The notes under the pieces were generated by a model. The model saw only the letters and a program-made list of their open reading frames with translations. It had not been told where the DNA came from and ran no database searches. Below are positions 60,312 through 64,000 of a DNA stretch of 64,000 nt, piece after piece; the stretch's first letter is position 1, and the number at the start of each line of letters is the position of its first letter. Source of the stretch: Flavobacteriales bacterium. GTDB lineage: Bacteria; Bacteroidota; Bacteroidia; Flavobacteriales; BACL11. The DNA lies in NCBI GenBank assembly GCA_947502765.1, contig CANNBA010000001.1, forward strand, positions 33,124 through 97,123, read 5' to 3'. The translations under genes were made by a program, and so were the position numbers.

Positions 60312-61593
60312 CTTTCCAATTTAATCTGTCAGCTGCTGGAAATTGCCAAGGAGCTCCATTATTTTCTATATTATTAAACATCATATTTAGCTCTTGTGGT
60401 GCAGCTGATTGCTCCATAACTAAATACCTTCTTAAATCTATGATAATTGAAAGAGGATCAATATTTAAAGGGCAAGCCTCTGTACAAGCATTACAAGTTG
60501 TACATGCCCATATTTCTTCCGTTGAGATATAATCATTTAATAAAGATTTATTATCCGAATAATCTTTACCGAACTTATCAATATTTTTTCCCACCTCTTT
60601 TAGTCTTTGGCGAGTGTCCATCATAATCTTTCTTGGAGAAAGTAGTTTGCCTGTTTGATTAGCTGGGCATTCTGAGGTACATCTACCGCACTCAGTACAA
60701 GAATAAGCATTCATTAATTGGACCCAATTTAAATCTGTTACATCTTTTGCTCCAAATGCTTGCGGAGGTGGAGCATCAATAGGTGGTGTTGGATACGGAT
60801 CAGGATTAGGATTCATCATCAATTTAACTTCTTTAGTAACAGCAGCCATATTTTCCATTTTACCTAAATTTTCAATATTTGAAAAATAAACATTAGGGAT
60901 AGACATCACTACATGGAAATGCTTGGAATAAGGCAATTCATTAAGAAAAATAAGAACCAACATGATATGAGTCCACCAACTAATATCATGAAGAAGATAT
61001 AAATTCCAATTTTCAAAATACGGAAGCAAAAAATTACTTATCGGATAAGAACCTAAATAATCATCAGGATGAATACCTATGTAGCCAATATTCATTGTAA
61101 GTAAGGAAATCATTAAAAAAACAATAATGATTAAAGCAATAATAGCATCAATTGAAGATGATTTTTTCATCTCTTTACCAGAAAAACGCTTAATATTTAG
61201 AAATAATCTTCTAACCATAAACAGTAAACACGAAACCAAAACCAATACCGCCATAACATCTCCTGATGCAGTGACTGTATTATAAAATCCACCTAACTCA
61301 CCAAAAGATCTATCTAAATTAAAAATCCCATCTACCATCATTTCTAATGTTCCAATAGTAATCACTAAAAATCCCCAGTAAACAATGGCATGCAATATTC
61401 CAGAGGCAGGACGTGCAAACAGTTTGGTTTGTCCGAAAGCTATTTTTAATAAAATCTTTGTGCGCTTTAAGGGTTGATCAAATCTATTTTTTGATTTTCC
61501 TAATCTAATATTTCTTACTATTTTCCAAAGATTAAAAGAGAAAAATGCTAATGCAAAAAATAAAATGCAAGAAAAAATTATCGACTTCTCCAT
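60304..61593 (-). CDS. Membrane-bound (Fe-S)-binding protein: NarI/DsrM-like 5-TM domain fused to a 2x[4Fe-4S] ferredoxin domain
   Basis: Five N-terminal TM helices with conserved His (GILHAIVYWGF, WWTHIMLV...SKHFHV). CTECGRCTSECP and CTTCNACTEACP cluster motifs. Confidence 0.75.
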   Translation of the reverse strand: MEKSIIFSCILFFALAFFSFNLWKIVRNIRLGKSKNRFDQPLKRTKILLKIAFGQTKLFARPASGILHAIVYWGFLVITIGTLEMMVDGIFNLDRSFGELGGFYNTVTASGDVMAVLVLVSCLLFMVRRLFLNIKRFSGKEMKKSSSIDAIIALIIIVFLMISLLTMNIGYIGIHPDDYLGSYPISNFLLPYFENWNLYLLHDISWWTHIMLVLIFLNELPYSKHFHVVMSIPNVYFSNIENLGKMENMAAVTKEVKLMMNPNPDPYPTPPIDAPPPQAFGAKDVTDLNWVQLMNAYSCTECGRCTSECPANQTGKLLSPRKIMMDTRQRLKEVGKNIDKFGKDYSDNKSLLNDYISTEEIWACTTCNACTEACPLNIDPLSIIIDLRRYLVMEQSAAPQELNMMFNNIENNGAPWQFPAADRLNWKDE

Positions 61594-61596
61594 CCT

Positions 61597-62529
61597 TTAT
61601 TTCTTTTCCTGTTGAGCTGGAGTACTTCCTCCTATTATTGAAAAACTTACATACCTTTTTGGATTCGCTTTAATATCTTTAATCAGTGCCTCTAATTCTT
61701 TAGATGACTTTTCTAAATTTAAATACAAATCTTTATCATTAATAAGCATGCCTAAGCTTCCTTCAGAATCATTTATTTTCTTAGAAGCTGCACTCAAACT
61801 AGTCAGTAAATTTTTAATGTTTGATTGAGCAATATCATCTGATATATTAGAAAAATTCTTAAGGATATTTGTTATCTCATCATTATTTGCTTCTAAGTTT
61901 TTTACAATACTTGATATCCTCTCATCATTTTGATCTACAATTTGATTTACCTTAATCATAGTTTGATTCATCAATAAAAATGTTTGGTCTAATGATTGCA
62001 AACTATTGCTTAAATTTTCTCTAGCATCTTTATCAAGTATAGCTGCAATAATTGTCATTACAGAGTCAATCGAACCAATTAACTCCTCTGTTTTAATCTT
62101 AAGAGGTAAGATTTGGGCACTTACTTCTTCCTTTAATGAACCTTCCATGCCACTAATTAAAGTATCTTCATCTACTGCAAAAGAAGCCGCATCTCCCAAA
62201 ATTAAATTAACACTTTTTGTACCCATTAAATCCTGATTTACAATCTTTAAAATTGAATTTTTAGGAATATCAAAATCTTTTTCAATACTAATTGTTACTA
62301 ATAGTTGTTGATTTTCATTAGCTAATAAATCAATATTAGACACCATACCTACTTGGTAACCATTTACAAAAACAGAGCTACCAACTTTTAAGCCCCCAAT
62401 ATTTTCATATTTTGCGTAAAATTTTCTACTAGAATTAAGCACATCTAATCCTTTAAGATAATTTATTCCTATAAATAGTCCTACAATAGCTAATAATGCA
62501 ACAAATCCTATCTTTAATTCTTTATTCAT
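61597..62529 (-). CDS. MlaD/MCE-family protein
   Basis: N-terminal TM segment (IGFVALLAIVGLFIGINYL) followed by an MCE domain (GGLKVGSSVFVNGYQVGMVSNI) and a long helical C-terminus. Confidence 0.75.
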   Translation of the reverse strand: MNKELKIGFVALLAIVGLFIGINYLKGLDVLNSSRKFYAKYENIGGLKVGSSVFVNGYQVGMVSNIDLLANENQQLLVTISIEKDFDIPKNSILKIVNQDLMGTKSVNLILGDAASFAVDEDTLISGMEGSLKEEVSAQILPLKIKTEELIGSIDSVMTIIAAILDKDARENLSNSLQSLDQTFLLMNQTMIKVNQIVDQNDERISSIVKNLEANNDEITNILKNFSNISDDIAQSNIKNLLTSLSAASKKINDSEGSLGMLINDKDLYLNLEKSSKELEALIKDIKANPKRYVSFSIIGGSTPAQQEKK

Positions 62530-63760
62530 TATTTTTTATTTTCGTTTGCAAATCTAAAGCTTCTTGTATAGAAATCCTTACTCCTTTATTAAAAGCTAAA
62601 ACAAAAGCTCCATTAAATCCAAGATCAATCATTTTATTTTTAATTATATCCGCATTAGCTTTATCATTTTCAGCCCCTACATAGTATTTAAAAGTACCAT
62701 TTAGTAGCTCTTCTTGTGCTTTTATTTCAACAAACAACTTGTCATTTTTCATTGATTTTGAAAATGTACCAATCTGAACTTTAAAAATAATGTCATTTTT
62801 TTCTATTTGCGCAGCTTGTGTTTGAACAACAGTATTTGTCACGGGTTTTTTAACTGAAGTATCTTCTGCTGGTAAATCATTAACATTCTCAACACTTTCT
62901 TTATAACTTTTAAAAGCGCTAAAAATTGCAGAAGCAAGATAATCTTGTCCCTTTTCTGAATGCAAAAAGTCTTCTTCAGTTGGATTGGTTAAAAAACCAC
63001 ATTCAATAAGAATAGAGGGCATATTAGCTCTACTAATTACATAAAAAGGTGCTTGTTTTACACCTCTACTTTTCCTATTAGCTGTAGTTGAAAATTGCTG
63101 TTCCACCTGCTCTGCTAATTGTAAACTTTGATCAAGATGTGTATTTTGTGTTAAACTAAAAACAATATAACTTTCTGGAGTATTTGGGTCAAAACCTTCA
63201 TATTTTTTTTTATAATCATCTTCTAAATAGATTACCGCATTCTCTTTCATAGCAACATCCATATTTGCTTTCAACTTGCTCATACCCATCACATACACTG
63301 AAGCACCAGAAGCCTCAGGATTTGTAAAAGCATCACAATGTATTGAAATAAACAAATCTGCATTATTATCATTTGCAAGTTGTGTTCTTTCATAAAGCTC
63401 AAGAAATTTATCATTACTTTTCCTAGTATAGATGATATTTATATCTGGGAAGTTTTGTTTTATATAGGCTCCAAATTGTAAAGAAATTGCAAGTGCAACA
63501 TGTTTTTCAGTTGTTTTATATCTCCCCGTCCCCGCAGTGCCACCGTCCTTTCCTCCGTGTCCAGGGTCAATTACAATAGTTCGTATCTTATTTGTAGTAG
63601 TTTGAGCTTCTAGAAAATTACTCACACCAAGGATAATCACAAATAAAAACACCCATCTTGCGTTAGTTAAAATTATTTGGTATAATTTAATTAGTTTTGA
63701 CACGTTTTTTCTATTGAACAATTGATACAAATATAATACTAAGATTGAACTTAAAAACAC
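62522..63760 (-). CDS. N-acetylmuramoyl-L-alanine amidase (Amidase_3) with C-terminal SPOR-like domain
   Basis: IVIDPGHGGKDGG, ISIHCDA and the ECGFLTN motif. The C-terminal FKVQIGTFS... is SPOR-like. The track start is GTG at 63760. The GTG at 63703 (MSKLIKLY...signal peptide) is more likely and avoids overlap with the divergent gene. Confidence 0.8.
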   Translation of the reverse strand: MFLSSILVLYLYQLFNRKNVSKLIKLYQIILTNARWVFLFVIILGVSNFLEAQTTTNKIRTIVIDPGHGGKDGGTAGTGRYKTTEKHVALAISLQFGAYIKQNFPDINIIYTRKSNDKFLELYERTQLANDNNADLFISIHCDAFTNPEASGASVYVMGMSKLKANMDVAMKENAVIYLEDDYKKKYEGFDPNTPESYIVFSLTQNTHLDQSLQLAEQVEQQFSTTANRKSRGVKQAPFYVISRANMPSILIECGFLTNPTEEDFLHSEKGQDYLASAIFSAFKSYKESVENVNDLPAEDTSVKKPVTNTVVQTQAAQIEKNDIIFKVQIGTFSKSMKNDKLFVEIKAQEELLNGTFKYYVGAENDKANADIIKNKMIDLGFNGAFVLAFNKGVRISIQEALDLQTKIKNNE

Positions 63761-64000
63761 AAACTTTATTTCTATTTCTATTCTTATTAACAGGGGCTTT
63801 TAATAAATCTATTGCTGATACAATTCCTACTACTACAGATTCAACACAAATTCAAAATAACTTCTTTGATGATGAAATAAAACAATTTGCTGAGGATTCA
63901 CTTAAATTGAGTATTGATGGTAAGAAAGCGTTTCTGTATGGAAATGCTAAAATTGAATATCAAAAGACAACCATCACTGCATCTTATATTGAGATTGATT
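63745..64000 (+). CDS. LptD/OstA-like LPS-assembly protein, N-terminal fragment (3' end outside window)
   Basis: The frame is open to the window end. A TTG at 63745 gives MNLKTQTLFLFLFLLTGAFN... then FAEDSLKLSIDGKKAFLYGNAKIEYQKTTITASYIEID, the OstA-N pattern of Bacteroidota LptD. Not in the ORF track. Confidence 0.45.
   Translation, partial: MNLKTQTLFLFLFLLTGAFNKSIADTIPTTTDSTQIQNNFFDDEIKQFAEDSLKLSIDGKKAFLYGNAKIEYQKTTITASYIEID

Overview
This is an AT-rich, tightly packed chromosomal segment that reads like a Bacteroidota (Flavobacteriia-type) genome. TAnnTTTG promoter boxes sit just upstream of start codons, there are no obvious Shine-Dalgarno sites, and many proteins carry lipoprotein signals or T9SS-type C-terminal tails. 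I can support about 60 protein genes, two tRNAs (Pro-TGG, Ser-GCT) and five clean hairpin terminators. I saw no rRNA, CRISPR array, transposase, integrase, phage or toxin-antitoxin genes.

The dominant feature is a ~15.5 kb phenylacetyl-CoA (paa) catabolic cluster at 36.8-52.4 kb. Its order is paaE, divergent from paaABCD-G-H-I-[exported haem/copper monooxygenase]-J-Y-[mini-lipoprotein + LRR protein]-Z-crotonase-fused 2-oxoacid dehydrogenase E1. The rest is housekeeping (pcm, hbd, pheT, mtaB, lgt, rnhB, hutU, rarA, kdsA, two thiolases) plus secreted and envelope proteins.

I did not find a convincing self-contained novel system such as a defence or mobile element. The best leads are:
- The two exported proteins embedded in the paa operon, and a possible ligase-independent entry route through the coupled E1.
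- A short non-canonical C-terminal tail shared by three unrelated exported proteins.
- A secreted Cys-type deiodinase-like protein.
- A reiterated 4-Cys ~34-aa module.
- A tandem pair of CxxCxxC mini-lipoproteins with homopolymer frame disruptions.
- A paired-palindrome candidate operator between paaE and paaA.
- A conserved envelope operon carrying a DsrMK/HdrD-like Fe-S module.

All family assignments come from motif recognition by eye. No searches were run.
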